Below are positions 45,085 to 54,364 of a DNA stretch of 57,026 nucleotides, in pieces. The DNA is from an uncultured Planctomycetia bacterium (GTDB taxonomy: Bacteria > Omnitrophota > Gorgyraeia > 2-02-FULL-51-18), in the NCBI GenBank assembly GCA_964612035.1, contig CAZTBX010000088.1:1-57026 (forward strand), read 5' to 3'. Each line of letters starts with the position of its first letter. Positions within the stretch are counted from its first letter, which is position 1. The notes under the pieces were generated by a model, which made no database searches, had not been told where the DNA came from, and saw only the letters and a list, made by a program, of their open reading frames with translations. The position numbers were made by a program, and so were the translations under genes.

Positions 45085-46310
45085 GAGAGAAAGCGCTGCT
45101 TGTGATGGTGAACGAAACCCAGGAGGCCGCAACCGAGCTTGAGGCACTCTCACTCTCAGCCGGGCTTTTGGTGGCCGGCACGCTCGTTTTCAAACGGCAA
45201 GAGCCGGACCGGCGGCTTCTGATCGGCGAGGGGCAGGCAAAGCGCATTCAGGAGGCGGCGAAAAAACTGAGAGCCGACGTCGTCGTGTTCGACGCGAACC
45301 TCACGAGCGCTCAGCAGAGAAATCTCGAAGAGGTTGTGGAGACAAAGACTATAGACCGCGTGCAGCTCATCCTCGACATATTTGCCGCACGCGCCCGTTC
45401 GATGGAAGGCAAACTGCAGGTGGAACTGGCGCAGCTCCAGTACCTGCTGCCGCGGCTTTCGGGAGAGGGGATACACCTTTCACGCCTCGGCGGCGGCGTG
45501 GGGACGCGCGGTCCGGGTGAACAAAAACTCGAAATGGACAAGCGCCGCATCCGTGAGCGCATCGCCCGGCTCTCGCAGACCCTCGAACGGCTAAAAGACC
45601 GCCGTGCCTCCGCGATCGAAAAAAAGAAGGCCAACGACCTTCCGATCGTCGCCCTCGTGGGCTACACCAATGCCGGCAAGTCGAGCCTGTTCAACCGTCT
45701 CACCGAGTCGCGCGCGCTCGTGAAAGACCAGCTTTTTTCGACACTGGATACGACGACGCGGGCGTTCACGCTTCCCAACCGGCAGAAGGTGCTGCTCGTG
45801 GACACCGTCGGGTTTGTGCGGCGTCTGCCGCATGATCTCGTCGAGTCCTTTAAGGCCACGCTCGAGGAGGCCTTGCACGCCGACGTGCTTCTGCATGTGA
45901 TCGACGCTTCACGCGCGGATGTCGTGTCTCAAAAAGAGGCGGTGGAAGGCGTGCTCCGGGAGCTTGGGGCCGTGGGAAAAGAGACTTATCTCTTGTACAA
46001 CAAATGCGACACCCTGGATGTCCGCGTGCGCAGCCTGATCGCGACAGCGGATGCGAAAACTTTTTTCGTTTCGGCCAAAAACGGCGAGGGGCTTGCCCAG
46101 CTCGAGGGGGCTCTGGGGGCGCATTTTGACGAAGGACGTCGCAGGACAAATTTTTTCGTTCCGCACGGAAAAGAGCGAATTTTAGACCTCGTTTATGGCA
46201 AAGGCCAGGTGCTGGGGAGGCGGGACACCGAGACAGGGACGCACCTGGAAGTCAGCATCTCCGAAAAGAACGAACACATTGTGAGAAGCCGCCTCACTGA
46301 AGACGGCTAA
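45081..46310 (+). CDS. hflX: GTPase HflX
   Basis: 409 aa. HflX N-domain LTSAQQRNLEEVVETKTIDRVQLILDIFA. G1 GYTNAGKSSLFNRLT, G3 DTVGF, G4 NKCD. Confidence 0.95.
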   Translation: MREKALLVMVNETQEAATELEALSLSAGLLVAGTLVFKRQEPDRRLLIGEGQAKRIQEAAKKLRADVVVFDANLTSAQQRNLEEVVETKTIDRVQLILDIFAARARSMEGKLQVELAQLQYLLPRLSGEGIHLSRLGGGVGTRGPGEQKLEMDKRRIRERIARLSQTLERLKDRRASAIEKKKANDLPIVALVGYTNAGKSSLFNRLTESRALVKDQLFSTLDTTTRAFTLPNRQKVLLVDTVGFVRRLPHDLVESFKATLEEALHADVLLHVIDASRADVVSQKEAVEGVLRELGAVGKETYLLYNKCDTLDVRVRSLIATADAKTFFVSAKNGEGLAQLEGALGAHFDEGRRRTNFFVPHGKERILDLVYGKGQVLGRRDTETGTHLEVSISEKNEHIVRSRLTEDG

Positions 46311-46312
46311 GC

Positions 46313-46340
46313 TTGACAGGGCAAGGCTTTGTGCTAAACT
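46313..46340 (+). promoter_or_regulatory. Vegetative-type promoter TTGACA-16 nt-(TGc)TAAACT of the hrcA-grpE-dnaK-dnaJ operon
   Basis: -35 at 46313-46318, extended -10 tgctaaact at 46332-46340, directly abutting the CIRCE element. Confidence 0.6.
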
Positions 46341-46344
46341 GATT

Positions 46345-46371
46345 TTAGCACTCTAACGACCTGAGTGCTAA
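46345..46371. promoter_or_regulatory. CIRCE operator (HrcA binding site)
   Basis: ttagcactc-taacgacct-gagtgctaa is an exact match to the consensus TTAGCACTC-N9-GAGTGCTAA. Confidence 0.92.
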
Positions 46372-46397
46372 AGTAACGGGAGATAGCGGGAGGGCTG

Positions 46398-47207
46398 ATG
46401 AACGACTCGAACGTGAGGAACGACAGGATATTTGATATCATCGTGCGTTCTTATATCGAAACCGCGGAACCCGTGGGTTCGCGGACGCTTTCGAGAAAGT
46501 TCAATCTACGCCTTTCGCCGGCCTCGATCCGGAATGTCATGGCGGATCTGGAAGACCAAGGTCTTTTGAAACAGCCGCACACCTCCGCCGGCCGTGTGCC
46601 GACGGACAAAGGCTACCGTTATTGGGTGGACTCGCTGATGGAAGTCGAGGAACTGACGCCGTCGGAAAAGTCGTGGGCGGCCGAGGAGCTTGAGCGCGTG
46701 CGCACCGTGAGGGACCTTGTGGAAAAGGCCTCGCATATTATCAGCCAGTTCACACACAACGCGGCGCTGATGTACGTGAAGAACCTGAAACGCGTGTCTT
46801 TTTTGAACCACCTGCTCGAGGACCTGATCGAGAAGCGCACGCTGGGTGATTTCCTGGAAGAGGACGCGGAGCTTTTCATCGACGGCATCTCGCGCATGTT
46901 CGACCAGCCCGAGTTCAACGATCTCGAGAAAATGCGCCCGCTGCTGCAGGCATTCGACCAGAAAGGTAATTTTCTGCAGATGCTGCTGAAGGATCTGGAT
47001 GCGGAAGGCGTGCACGTGCACATCGGGAGCGAAAATGCCATCGACGAGCTGGAAAACGTGAGCGTCGTCGTCAAAGACTATTATTACGAGGACCAGCCCA
47101 TCGGAGGCATCGCGGTGGTGGGGCCCACGCGTATGCGCTACCAGAAAGTCGTTTCGGTGGTGGAGTTTGTCGCGGACGCGGTGACGGACGCCGTGAAGCG
47201 GTTTTAA
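46398..47207 (+). CDS. hrcA: Heat-inducible transcription repressor HrcA (short, 269 aa)
   Basis: IVRSYIETAEPVGSRTLSRKF...SPASIRNVMADLEDQGLLKQPHTSAGRVPTDKGYRYWVD, and C-terminal IGGIAVVGPTRMRY. Confidence 0.9.
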   Translation: MNDSNVRNDRIFDIIVRSYIETAEPVGSRTLSRKFNLRLSPASIRNVMADLEDQGLLKQPHTSAGRVPTDKGYRYWVDSLMEVEELTPSEKSWAAEELERVRTVRDLVEKASHIISQFTHNAALMYVKNLKRVSFLNHLLEDLIEKRTLGDFLEEDAELFIDGISRMFDQPEFNDLEKMRPLLQAFDQKGNFLQMLLKDLDAEGVHVHIGSENAIDELENVSVVVKDYYYEDQPIGGIAVVGPTRMRYQKVVSVVEFVADAVTDAVKRF

Positions 47208-47214
47208 AAAGATC

Positions 47215-47730
47215 ATGAACATGAAAGAAGAAAAAAAACAGGAACCCGGCCCGCAGGACATGCCGCCCGCTGCCGAACAGGATGCCGAGGCGAAAGCCAA
47301 GGGTTACTGGGAGCAGATCCTGCGCATGAAGGCCGATCTTGAGAACACGAAAAAAAGGCTGGAGCGCGACAAGACCGACGCCATACGGTTCGCGAACGAA
47401 AAACTTTTGATCGAACTGCTTCCGATCGTGGACAATCTCGATCGGGCGCTGGCCAGTTTTTCGGAAGGCCATGACGCTGAGCGCGTGAAACAGGGGCTGA
47501 AACTCGTTCAGGACCAGCTTCACCGTGTGCTCGAGACGCACGGCGTGCAGCAGGTGCTTAGCCTCGGAATGCCGTTCAATCCGGACCTGCATGAGGCCGT
47601 CGGCGTCGAAGAGGCGTCCAAAGACACCCAAGAAGGCACTGTTGTGGATGAGATCCAAAGAGGATACTTGTTGAATGGACGCCTCATGCGTCCGAGCCGG
47701 GTGAAGATCGCCCGGCCAAAAAACGTTTAA
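47215..47730 (+). CDS. grpE: Nucleotide exchange factor GrpE
   Basis: 171 aa. [40 protein letters not shown] and [18 protein letters not shown]. Confidence 0.92.
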   Translation: MNMKEEKKQEPGPQDMPPAAEQDAEAKAKGYWEQILRMKADLENTKKRLERDKTDAIRFANEKLLIELLPIVDNLDRALASFSEGHDAERVKQGLKLVQDQLHRVLETHGVQQVLSLGMPFNPDLHEAVGVEEASKDTQEGTVVDEIQRGYLLNGRLMRPSRVKIARPKNV

Positions 47731-47746
47731 GGGAGGTTCAAAGAAA

Positions 47747-49654
47747 ATGGCATCTGAAAAAGTAATAGGCATCGATCTCGGGACCACCAATTCCTGCGTC
47801 GCCGTCATGGAAGGCGGCGAACCGGTGGTCATCCCCAATTCGGAAGGGAGCCGCACCACCCCTTCCGTCGTCGCCTTCACGAAAAGCGGCGAGCGTCTTG
47901 TGGGCCAGGCCGCCAAAAGGCAGGCGATCACAAACCCCGAGAACACCGTTTTTTCCATCAAGCGTTTCATGGGGAGAAAACACTCCGAAGTGCTGAGCGA
48001 GGAAAAACTGGTGCCGTACAAGATCGTCGAAGGTCCGAACGGCGAGGTGCGTGTCCATATCATGGGCAAGGACTACACGCCGCAGGAAATATCGGCGGTC
48101 ATTCTGCAAAAGATGAAGCAGACCGCCGAGGACTATCTCGGACACAAGGTCACGAAGGCCGTGGTCACGGTCCCGGCGTACTTCAACGATTCTCAGCGTC
48201 AGGCGACCAAAGATGCGGGCAGGATCGCGGGATTGGACGTGCTTCGCATCATCAACGAGCCGACGGCTGCGGCGCTGGCCTACGGTCTCGACAAGAAAAA
48301 GAACGAAAAGATATCCGTGTATGACCTCGGCGGCGGCACTTTCGACGTCTCCATCCTCGAGATCGGGGACGGCGTGTTCGAGGTCCGTTCCACCAACGGC
48401 GATACGCACCTGGGCGGCGACGACTTCGACCAGCGCGTCATGGACTGGCTCGCGGACGAGTTCAAAAAGTCCGAAGGCATCGACTTGAGGAAAGACAGGA
48501 TGGCCCTCCAGCGCCTGAAAGAGGCCGCGGAAAAAGCCAAATGCGAACTCTCTTCAAATTTACAGACCGAGATCAATCTGCCTTTCATCACGGCCGACGC
48601 CAATGGCCCCAAACATTTGACGACGACGCTCACGCGTGCCAAGCTCGAACAGCTCGTGGACGATCTTGTCCAGAGGACGATCCCACCGTGTAAAAAGGCG
48701 CTGGAAGACGCGAAATTGAAGGCCGAGGACATCGATGAAGTCGTGCTCGTCGGCGGTCAGACGCGCATGCCCAAAGCGCAGGAAGTCGTGAAGCAGCTTT
48801 TCAAAAAAGAACCGCACAAGGGCGTGAACCCAGATGAGGTCGTTGCCATCGGTGCGGCCATCCAGGGTGGCGTGCTTGTCGGCGACGTCAAAGACGTACT
48901 GCTTTTGGACGTGACGCCGCTTTCGCTCGGCATCGAGACACTCGGAGGCGTGAACACGAGACTCATCGAGCGCAACACGACGATCCCGACAAAAAAAAGC
49001 CAGACGTTCTCGACGGCGGCCGACAATCAGACCGCGGTGTCTATCCACGTGCTGCAGGGCGAGCGCGAGATGGCCAAAGATAATCGCACGCTGGGGCGCT
49101 TTGACCTCATCGGCATTCCACCGGCCCCACGAGGCATGCCGCAGGTCGAAGTCACGTTTGATATCGACGCCAATGGCATCGTGCACGTGTCGGCCAAGGA
49201 TCTCGGCACCGGCAAAGAGCAGAAGATCCGCATTGAAAGCTCGAGCAGTCTCAGCAAAGACGAGGTTGAGCGCATGACGCGTGACGCGCAGGCTCACGCC
49301 TCGGAAGACAAGCAGAAAAAAGAAGTGGTGGAGGCCCATAACCGGCTGGACTCGCTCATTTATCAGACCGAGAAGTCACTGAAAGATCTTGGCGATAAAG
49401 TGCCGGCTGAAGAGAAAAAGAAAGTTGAGGAGGCTATCGTTGGCGCCAAAGGCGCTCTTTCCAGTGAGGATGTCCAGAGACTGCGCGGCGCCGAAGAGGA
49501 GCTGACGCGCGCCTCGCACAAGATCGCTGAACAACTGTATCAGCATCAGACGGCAGGCGCCGGCCCAAAGAAGACGGACGGCGACGGATCCCAGGCCGGC
49601 GGCAAGAAAGAGGATGTTGTCGATGCGGAGTACAAGGTCGAGGATGATAAATAG
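47747..49654 (+). CDS. dnaK: Molecular chaperone DnaK (Hsp70)
   Basis: 635 aa. [26 protein letters not shown] and [10 protein letters not shown]. Confidence 0.98.
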   Translation: MASEKVIGIDLGTTNSCVAVMEGGEPVVIPNSEGSRTTPSVVAFTKSGERLVGQAAKRQAITNPENTVFSIKRFMGRKHSEVLSEEKLVPYKIVEGPNGEVRVHIMGKDYTPQEISAVILQKMKQTAEDYLGHKVTKAVVTVPAYFNDSQRQATKDAGRIAGLDVLRIINEPTAAALAYGLDKKKNEKISVYDLGGGTFDVSILEIGDGVFEVRSTNGDTHLGGDDFDQRVMDWLADEFKKSEGIDLRKDRMALQRLKEAAEKAKCELSSNLQTEINLPFITADANGPKHLTTTLTRAKLEQLVDDLVQRTIPPCKKALEDAKLKAEDIDEVVLVGGQTRMPKAQEVVKQLFKKEPHKGVNPDEVVAIGAAIQGGVLVGDVKDVLLLDVTPLSLGIETLGGVNTRLIERNTTIPTKKSQTFSTAADNQTAVSIHVLQGEREMAKDNRTLGRFDLIGIPPAPRGMPQVEVTFDIDANGIVHVSAKDLGTGKEQKIRIESSSSLSKDEVERMTRDAQAHASEDKQKKEVVEAHNRLDSLIYQTEKSLKDLGDKVPAEEKKKVEEAIVGAKGALSSEDVQRLRGAEEELTRASHKIAEQLYQHQTAGAGPKKTDGDGSQAGGKKEDVVDAEYKVEDDK

Positions 49655-49663
49655 AGATCTGTA

Positions 49664-49791
49664 GCGAAAAGCGCAAAACGAAAAGCGAAAAACTGTGGAG
49701 CCACTGCGTGGCCTGTATAAAAGTCGCCTGCCTGCCGGCAGGCAGGCGTAGCGACTCAATAGTTTTTCGCTTTTCACTTTTCGTTTTTCGC
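49664..49791. repeat. Compound inverted-repeat element in the dnaK-dnaJ spacer
   Basis: Two 31-nt A/G-rich and T/C-rich arms (49664-49694 and 49761-49791) are complementary at 27 of 31 positions. They enclose the perfect palindrome cgcctgcctgcc/ggcaggcaggcg (49725-49748). Confidence 0.75.
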
Positions 49792-49808
49792 CGTAATCCA
49801 TAATCCGA

Positions 49809-50852
49809 ATGCCTCAATCCAAAAAAGATTATTTTTCTATTCTGGAAGTGTCGCGCTCGGCGTCTGCGGAAGACATCAAGAAGGCTTACCGCAAATGCGC
49901 CCTGAACCATCATCCGGATCGGAACCCCGGGGACAAAAAAGCCGAGGAGCGCTTCCGCGAAGCGACAGAGGCCTATCAGGTGCTGTCGGACCCCCAAAAA
50001 CGGCAGATCTACGAACAACACGGCCATGAAGGCCTGAGCTCCCAAGGCCAGGGATTTCATGCGGGCGGTTTCGGGGACATCTTTGAAAACATCTTCGAGG
50101 ATTTTTTCGGTGGTGGCGGTGGGCGCTCCAGGCAGCGTGCCCATCGCGGCAGCGACCTCCAATATGATCTCGAGGTCAGTTTCAACGAGGCGGCATTCGG
50201 CCTCGAGAGGCCCATCGAGATCGAACGCGAAGAAGCCTGCGGCCAGTGCAAAGGCGAAGGAGCCAAGCCCGGTACTTCGCGCACGACTTGTCCGGGTTGT
50301 CACGGCAGCGGACAAGTGCTCGCTTCGAGCGGATTTTTCAGTATTTCGCGGCCCTGTAACCGCTGCCGTGGTAAGGGAAGTTTTGTCGAGCATCCCTGCG
50401 ACGCTTGCCGTGGCGCAGGCCGCGTGAACGCGAAGCGAAACATCCAGGCGAAGATCCCCGCCGGCATCGACAGCGGCATGAGACTGCGTCTCGCCGGCGA
50501 AGGCGAAGCGGGTTTGAACGGCGGACCGCGCGGCGATCTTTATATCGATGTTTACGTGAAGCCGCATGAATTTTTCACGCGCGACGGAGAGAATATTCTC
50601 TGCCGGGTGCCGGTGAATTTCGCGTTGGCGGCGCTCGGGGGAGAGATCGAAGTGCCCACGCTCACGGGCACGGCGCCGCTGAAGATCCCGCCGGGGACTC
50701 AGAGCGGCAAGGTGTTCAAGCTGAGAGGCAAAGGCCTCGCTTCGGTGCGCGGGCACGGGCACGGCGATGAGGAGGTCACGATCGTCGTCGAGACGCCCAC
50801 GCATTTATCAGAAAAGCAGAGAGAGCTGCTCCGGCAGTTCTTTTCCAAATAA
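49809..50852 (+). CDS. dnaJ: Co-chaperone DnaJ (type I)
   Basis: 347 aa. J-domain with HPDRNP. Four zinc-finger repeats: [24 protein letters not shown] and CDACRGAG. Confidence 0.95.
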   Translation: MPQSKKDYFSILEVSRSASAEDIKKAYRKCALNHHPDRNPGDKKAEERFREATEAYQVLSDPQKRQIYEQHGHEGLSSQGQGFHAGGFGDIFENIFEDFFGGGGGRSRQRAHRGSDLQYDLEVSFNEAAFGLERPIEIEREEACGQCKGEGAKPGTSRTTCPGCHGSGQVLASSGFFSISRPCNRCRGKGSFVEHPCDACRGAGRVNAKRNIQAKIPAGIDSGMRLRLAGEGEAGLNGGPRGDLYIDVYVKPHEFFTRDGENILCRVPVNFALAALGGEIEVPTLTGTAPLKIPPGTQSGKVFKLRGKGLASVRGHGHGDEEVTIVVETPTHLSEKQRELLRQFFSK

Positions 50853-50854
50853 CC

Positions 50855-51103
50855 ATGCCGACCTACGAATATCTCTGCAAAAAATGCAAAAAGCGCTTTG
50901 AGCGCCTGCAGTCCATCACCGCGGGTCCGCTCAGAAAATGCGTGCACTGCGGCGGCCGGGTTCAGCGCCTGATCGGCGCCGGTGCCGGCCTTATTTTCAA
51001 GGGCAGCGGTTTTTATAGCACCGACTACAAAAAAAGTCCGGCGAAGGAGACAAAGCCCTCTCCAAAACCTGAAAATAAAGAGAAAAAAAGTCCCGACAAA
51101 TGA
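50855..51103 (+). CDS. FmdB-family zinc-ribbon protein
   Basis: 82 aa. MPTYEYLCKKCKKRFE...CVHCGG (CxxC...CxxC) followed by a Lys/Pro-rich tail. Confidence 0.8.
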   Translation: MPTYEYLCKKCKKRFERLQSITAGPLRKCVHCGGRVQRLIGAGAGLIFKGSGFYSTDYKKSPAKETKPSPKPENKEKKSPDK

Positions 51104-51492
51104 CGCTTCACCGGCAAGCGGCCATCGCCTGGGCGTGGGCGGGTCTTTATGCGGCACTGATCTTTTATGTATCGTCGCTTTCGCGTCCTTTGCCGGTCTC
51201 TGTCGGAAAATATTTTCAGGATTGGATGCTGCATGGTGTAGAATATGCCCTTTTCGGGATCCTTTTGGCGCGGGCGCTGGGGATGAGTTTCGAAAATTGG
51301 CGGCCGGCCGTCGTGGTCGCGCTGGCGTTCGTGCTTGGGACGCTTTACGGGATCTCCGACGAGTGGCATCAGAGCTTTGTCCCCGAGCGGGAGTCCTGCG
51401 CGAAGGACGCGCTGGTCGACGCGGCCGCCGCGTTTTGCGGCGCCTGCCTATGGGTTTGGGATAAAAAACGAGGAAACAAGACCATTGCCTGA
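51100..51492 (+). CDS. VanZ-family membrane protein
   Basis: 130 aa with four TM segments. Motif SDEWHQSFVPERESCAKDALVDAAAAFCG. ATGA overlap with the upstream gene. Confidence 0.75.
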   Translation: MTLHRQAAIAWAWAGLYAALIFYVSSLSRPLPVSVGKYFQDWMLHGVEYALFGILLARALGMSFENWRPAVVVALAFVLGTLYGISDEWHQSFVPERESCAKDALVDAAAAFCGACLWVWDKKRGNKTIA

Positions 51493-52738
51493 GATCCGTC
51501 CTTTCCGTGCCTGGCGCTACAATCCCGCGCGCGTCCGCGATTTTTCCAGAGTGCTGGCCCCTCCTTATGACGTGATCTCCCCGGCCGAGCAAAAAAGGCT
51601 TTATGCCAGGAGCCCGCACAACGTCATCCGCATCGAACTCGGCATGAAAAAGCCTTCGGACGGCGCCGGTGACAATGCTTATGTGCGCGCGCGCCGTTTT
51701 CTCGAGGCTTGGAAAGAAGAGGGAGTGCTCATCCGTGATGACCGCCCGGCTCTTTACGTGTATGTGCAGGATTATCCGGAGGGGCACGGTCAAAAAAGAC
51801 GATTTGGTTTTTTTGCGTCCATGCGGCTCGATGAAAAGGCCGTGAAAAAGCATGAAAAGACGCTGGCCGGTCCGAAAAAGGACAGACTGCGCCTATTAAA
51901 GGAAGTGCGCACCAATACGAGCCCGATCTTCGGTCTTTTTGAGGACGCGGGGAAGGCCCATGCGCTGCTTAAAACATCCGCCCGGGGTCGTCCCGTACTC
52001 GACGTGACGCTGGACGCGGTACGACACCGCATCTATGTCCAGAACGACACGAAGATCGTGCAGGAGCTATGCCGCTGCCTGCGGTCGAAGCCGATGTACA
52101 TCGCCGACGGCCATCACCGCTTCGAGGTCGCCTGCCAGTTCCATCGATGGGCCCGGCAAAAACATTCCGCCGGCGACAGCGCGTATGTCCTGGCGTACCT
52201 GGCGGATTGCCGCCACAACCCGTTCACCATTTTCCCGACTCACCGGCTGCTGCGTCTTCCAAAAGGCAAGCGTGTGCTCGATCGCCTGCGTTCGCGCGGG
52301 GTGCTGCGCCGCGCATCGGGACTCGGGACCGTGCTGCGCCGTCTCGCCAAGCCCAGAGACGAGTCCGGGGATAAAAAATATTCTTTCGGCGTTTTCACGA
52401 AAAAGAACGGTTTTTTTATTTTCGAACTCGGGCAGGCGTCTACGCGTTTCAAGTCCGGGGATGAGATCGGCCGTCTCGACGTATCCGTACTGCACGAGCG
52501 CGTGTTCGGGCCGTGCTTCGGACTGCGCACGGCGGACAAGGCCGGCGTCGATTTCACACGCAGTGCCGAGGAAGCCTGCCGCAAGGTGCGCGCGGGGTTT
52601 TATGATGCCGCGTTTTTTCTGAGGCCGACCTCTCTCGGCGAGATGATCCACGCCTCGAAAAAGGGGCTTCGTATGCCGCAGAAGTCGACTTATTTTTACC
52701 CGAAGCTTCTCACCGGCCTAGCACTGCACAGCCTATGA
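51485..52738 (+). CDS. DUF1015-family protein (conserved, function unknown)
   Basis: 417 aa from the in-frame TTG at 51485, giving (M)PEIRPFRAWRYNPARVRDFSRVLAPPYDVIS, with later YIADGHHRFE. The extension to 51335 overlaps vanZ and is rejected. Confidence 0.8.
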   Translation: MPEIRPFRAWRYNPARVRDFSRVLAPPYDVISPAEQKRLYARSPHNVIRIELGMKKPSDGAGDNAYVRARRFLEAWKEEGVLIRDDRPALYVYVQDYPEGHGQKRRFGFFASMRLDEKAVKKHEKTLAGPKKDRLRLLKEVRTNTSPIFGLFEDAGKAHALLKTSARGRPVLDVTLDAVRHRIYVQNDTKIVQELCRCLRSKPMYIADGHHRFEVACQFHRWARQKHSAGDSAYVLAYLADCRHNPFTIFPTHRLLRLPKGKRVLDRLRSRGVLRRASGLGTVLRRLAKPRDESGDKKYSFGVFTKKNGFFIFELGQASTRFKSGDEIGRLDVSVLHERVFGPCFGLRTADKAGVDFTRSAEEACRKVRAGFYDAAFFLRPTSLGEMIHASKKGLRMPQKSTYFYPKLLTGLALHSL

Positions 52739-53439
52739 TCAAACCCAGGGCCCTCACCTCGCTTTCGCTCTTTTTCCCGTGCTACAACGAGGCGGACAAC
52801 GTCGGCACCATGATCGAGCAGGCCGTCCAGGTGGGGGAGTCCTACGGCGTGGATTACGAGATCGTGGTCGTGGATGACGGCAGTCGCGACAATTCCGCGG
52901 AACTCGTGCGCCAGTGGTCGAAAAAAAATCCGTGCGTGCGTCTGGTCCAGCACCCGCAGAACCGGGGCTATGGCGCCGCCCTCGCGACCGGGTTTGCCAA
53001 CGTGACGAAGGACCTCATTTTTCTCACCGACGGCGACAACCAGTTCCATCTCGCGGACATCGACAAGCTTTTTTCGAAGATCGACAGCTGCGACATCGTG
53101 ACGGGTTACCGTATCGCGCGCAAAGACAAGGCGCATCGGCGCCTGAACGGTTTTCTCTGGACACGCCTGAACCGCCTGCTTTTCCGCCTGCCGGTGAGGG
53201 ACGTCGACTGCGCGTTCAAGCTTTTCAGGCGCAAGACGATCGAGGGTCTGAAGTTCGAGTCGGAGCATCTCCTCATCCACGCCGAGATCCTCGCCCGGGC
53301 CAAGAAAAGGGGCGCGCGTATCCAGGAGATCGGCGTCACGCATTACCCGCGTCTAGCCGGGCAGGCGACAGCCACCAAGCTCAGCTCTATCCTGAAGACG
53401 TTCTCGGAGCTGGGTCGGCTTTACTGGCGGCTGCGCTAA
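52735..53439 (+). CDS. Glycosyltransferase family 2 (polyprenyl-phosphate sugar synthase-like)
   Basis: 234 aa. LSLFFPCYNEADNVGTMIE, VVVDDGSRDNS and FLTDGDNQF. Confidence 0.85.
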   Translation: MIKPRALTSLSLFFPCYNEADNVGTMIEQAVQVGESYGVDYEIVVVDDGSRDNSAELVRQWSKKNPCVRLVQHPQNRGYGAALATGFANVTKDLIFLTDGDNQFHLADIDKLFSKIDSCDIVTGYRIARKDKAHRRLNGFLWTRLNRLLFRLPVRDVDCAFKLFRRKTIEGLKFESEHLLIHAEILARAKKRGARIQEIGVTHYPRLAGQATATKLSSILKTFSELGRLYWRLR

Positions 53440-53468
53440 TGGACTATTGGGGATAGCCATGCTAAAAT
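53440..53468 (+). promoter_or_regulatory. Promoter candidate TGGACT-17 nt-TAAAAT with an extended -10 TG, upstream of accD
   Basis: tggact at 53440-53445 and tgctaaaat at 53460-53468. Confidence 0.4.
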
Positions 53469-53497
53469 TAAGAAGTTTGAACATAAGAGGATAATTC

Positions 53498-54352
53498 TTG
53501 ACTCCATTCAGCGAAAAAACCCGCGCCAACGTCACCGCCATGCGTCTTCCGAGAAAAAAAGGCATGCCGGAAGGGCTGTGGACTAAATGCGAAGGCTGCG
53601 GGGAGACCATCTACAATAAGACGCTCGAAGAAGACCTGAAGATCTGTCCCAAATGCGACCACCATTTCACGCTCTCCGCCCACGAACGCATCGCCCAGCT
53701 CATCGACGAGGGCACTTTCAGGGAAATGGATAAGGATCTATGTTCGGGTGACCCGATCAAGTTCCGTGGCCCGAAGTCCTATGTCAGCAAGCTCAAAGAG
53801 GACCAGAATGCCACCGGCCTCAAGGACGCCGTCATCACCGGCGAAGGGCTTCTCGGCGAGCGGAAGATCGCGTTTGGCGTCACCGATTCGCGTTTCATCA
53901 TGGGTTCGATGGGCTCGGCCGTCGGCGAAAAACTCACGCGCCTTATCGAGCAGGCGACGGACAAAAAACTGCCGCTTATCATCGTGTCGGGTTCTGGTGG
54001 CGGCGCGCGCATGTACGAAGGTCTTTTGTCGCTGATGCAGATGGCCAAGACCTCGCAGGCGCTGGCTAGACACCATGAAGCCAGACAGCTTTTCATTTCC
54101 GTGCTCACGAATCCCACGATGGCCGGTATCATGGCCAGCTTCGCGTCGCTGGGAGACCTCATCATCGCCGAGCCCAAGGCGCTGATCGGTTTCACGGGCC
54201 CGCGCGTCATCGAGCAGACGATACGCCAGAAACTGCCCGATGGTTTTCAGACTTCCGAATTCCTTCTCGAGCACGGCATGCTCGATAAGATCGTCCATCG
54301 GAAACAGCTCAAGAACGCGCTGCGTCAATTCCTGGAATTCTTCAACCCTTAG
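53498..54352 (+). CDS. accD: Acetyl-CoA carboxylase carboxyltransferase beta subunit
   Basis: 284 aa with a TTG start. Zinc ribbon CEGCGETIY...CPKCDHH. Carboxyltransferase blocks MGSMGSAVGEK and SGGARMYEG. Confidence 0.95.
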   Translation: MTPFSEKTRANVTAMRLPRKKGMPEGLWTKCEGCGETIYNKTLEEDLKICPKCDHHFTLSAHERIAQLIDEGTFREMDKDLCSGDPIKFRGPKSYVSKLKEDQNATGLKDAVITGEGLLGERKIAFGVTDSRFIMGSMGSAVGEKLTRLIEQATDKKLPLIIVSGSGGGARMYEGLLSLMQMAKTSQALARHHEARQLFISVLTNPTMAGIMASFASLGDLIIAEPKALIGFTGPRVIEQTIRQKLPDGFQTSEFLLEHGMLDKIVHRKQLKNALRQFLEFFNP

Positions 54353-54364
54353 AACCCCTCCCGC

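Noticed and set aside
49664-49791. The cgaaaag-type repeats in the dnaK-dnaJ spacer might be a CRISPR array or tandem repeat array.
   Set aside because: The repeats are short, are arranged as two inverted arms around one palindrome, and have no spacer-like unique segments of regular length. No cas genes are present. I classified the element as a hairpin or inverted-repeat element.
5487-51484. N-terminal extensions of ORFs in the track: 5487, 17853, 23483, 24579, 30585, 32903, 33784 and 51335.
   Set aside because: Each extension overlaps the 3' end of the preceding gene by 70-210 nt and encodes Arg/Gly-rich non-homologous sequence. In every case an in-frame ATG, GTG or TTG at or next to the upstream stop gives the canonical family N-terminus. 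The shorter coordinates were used.
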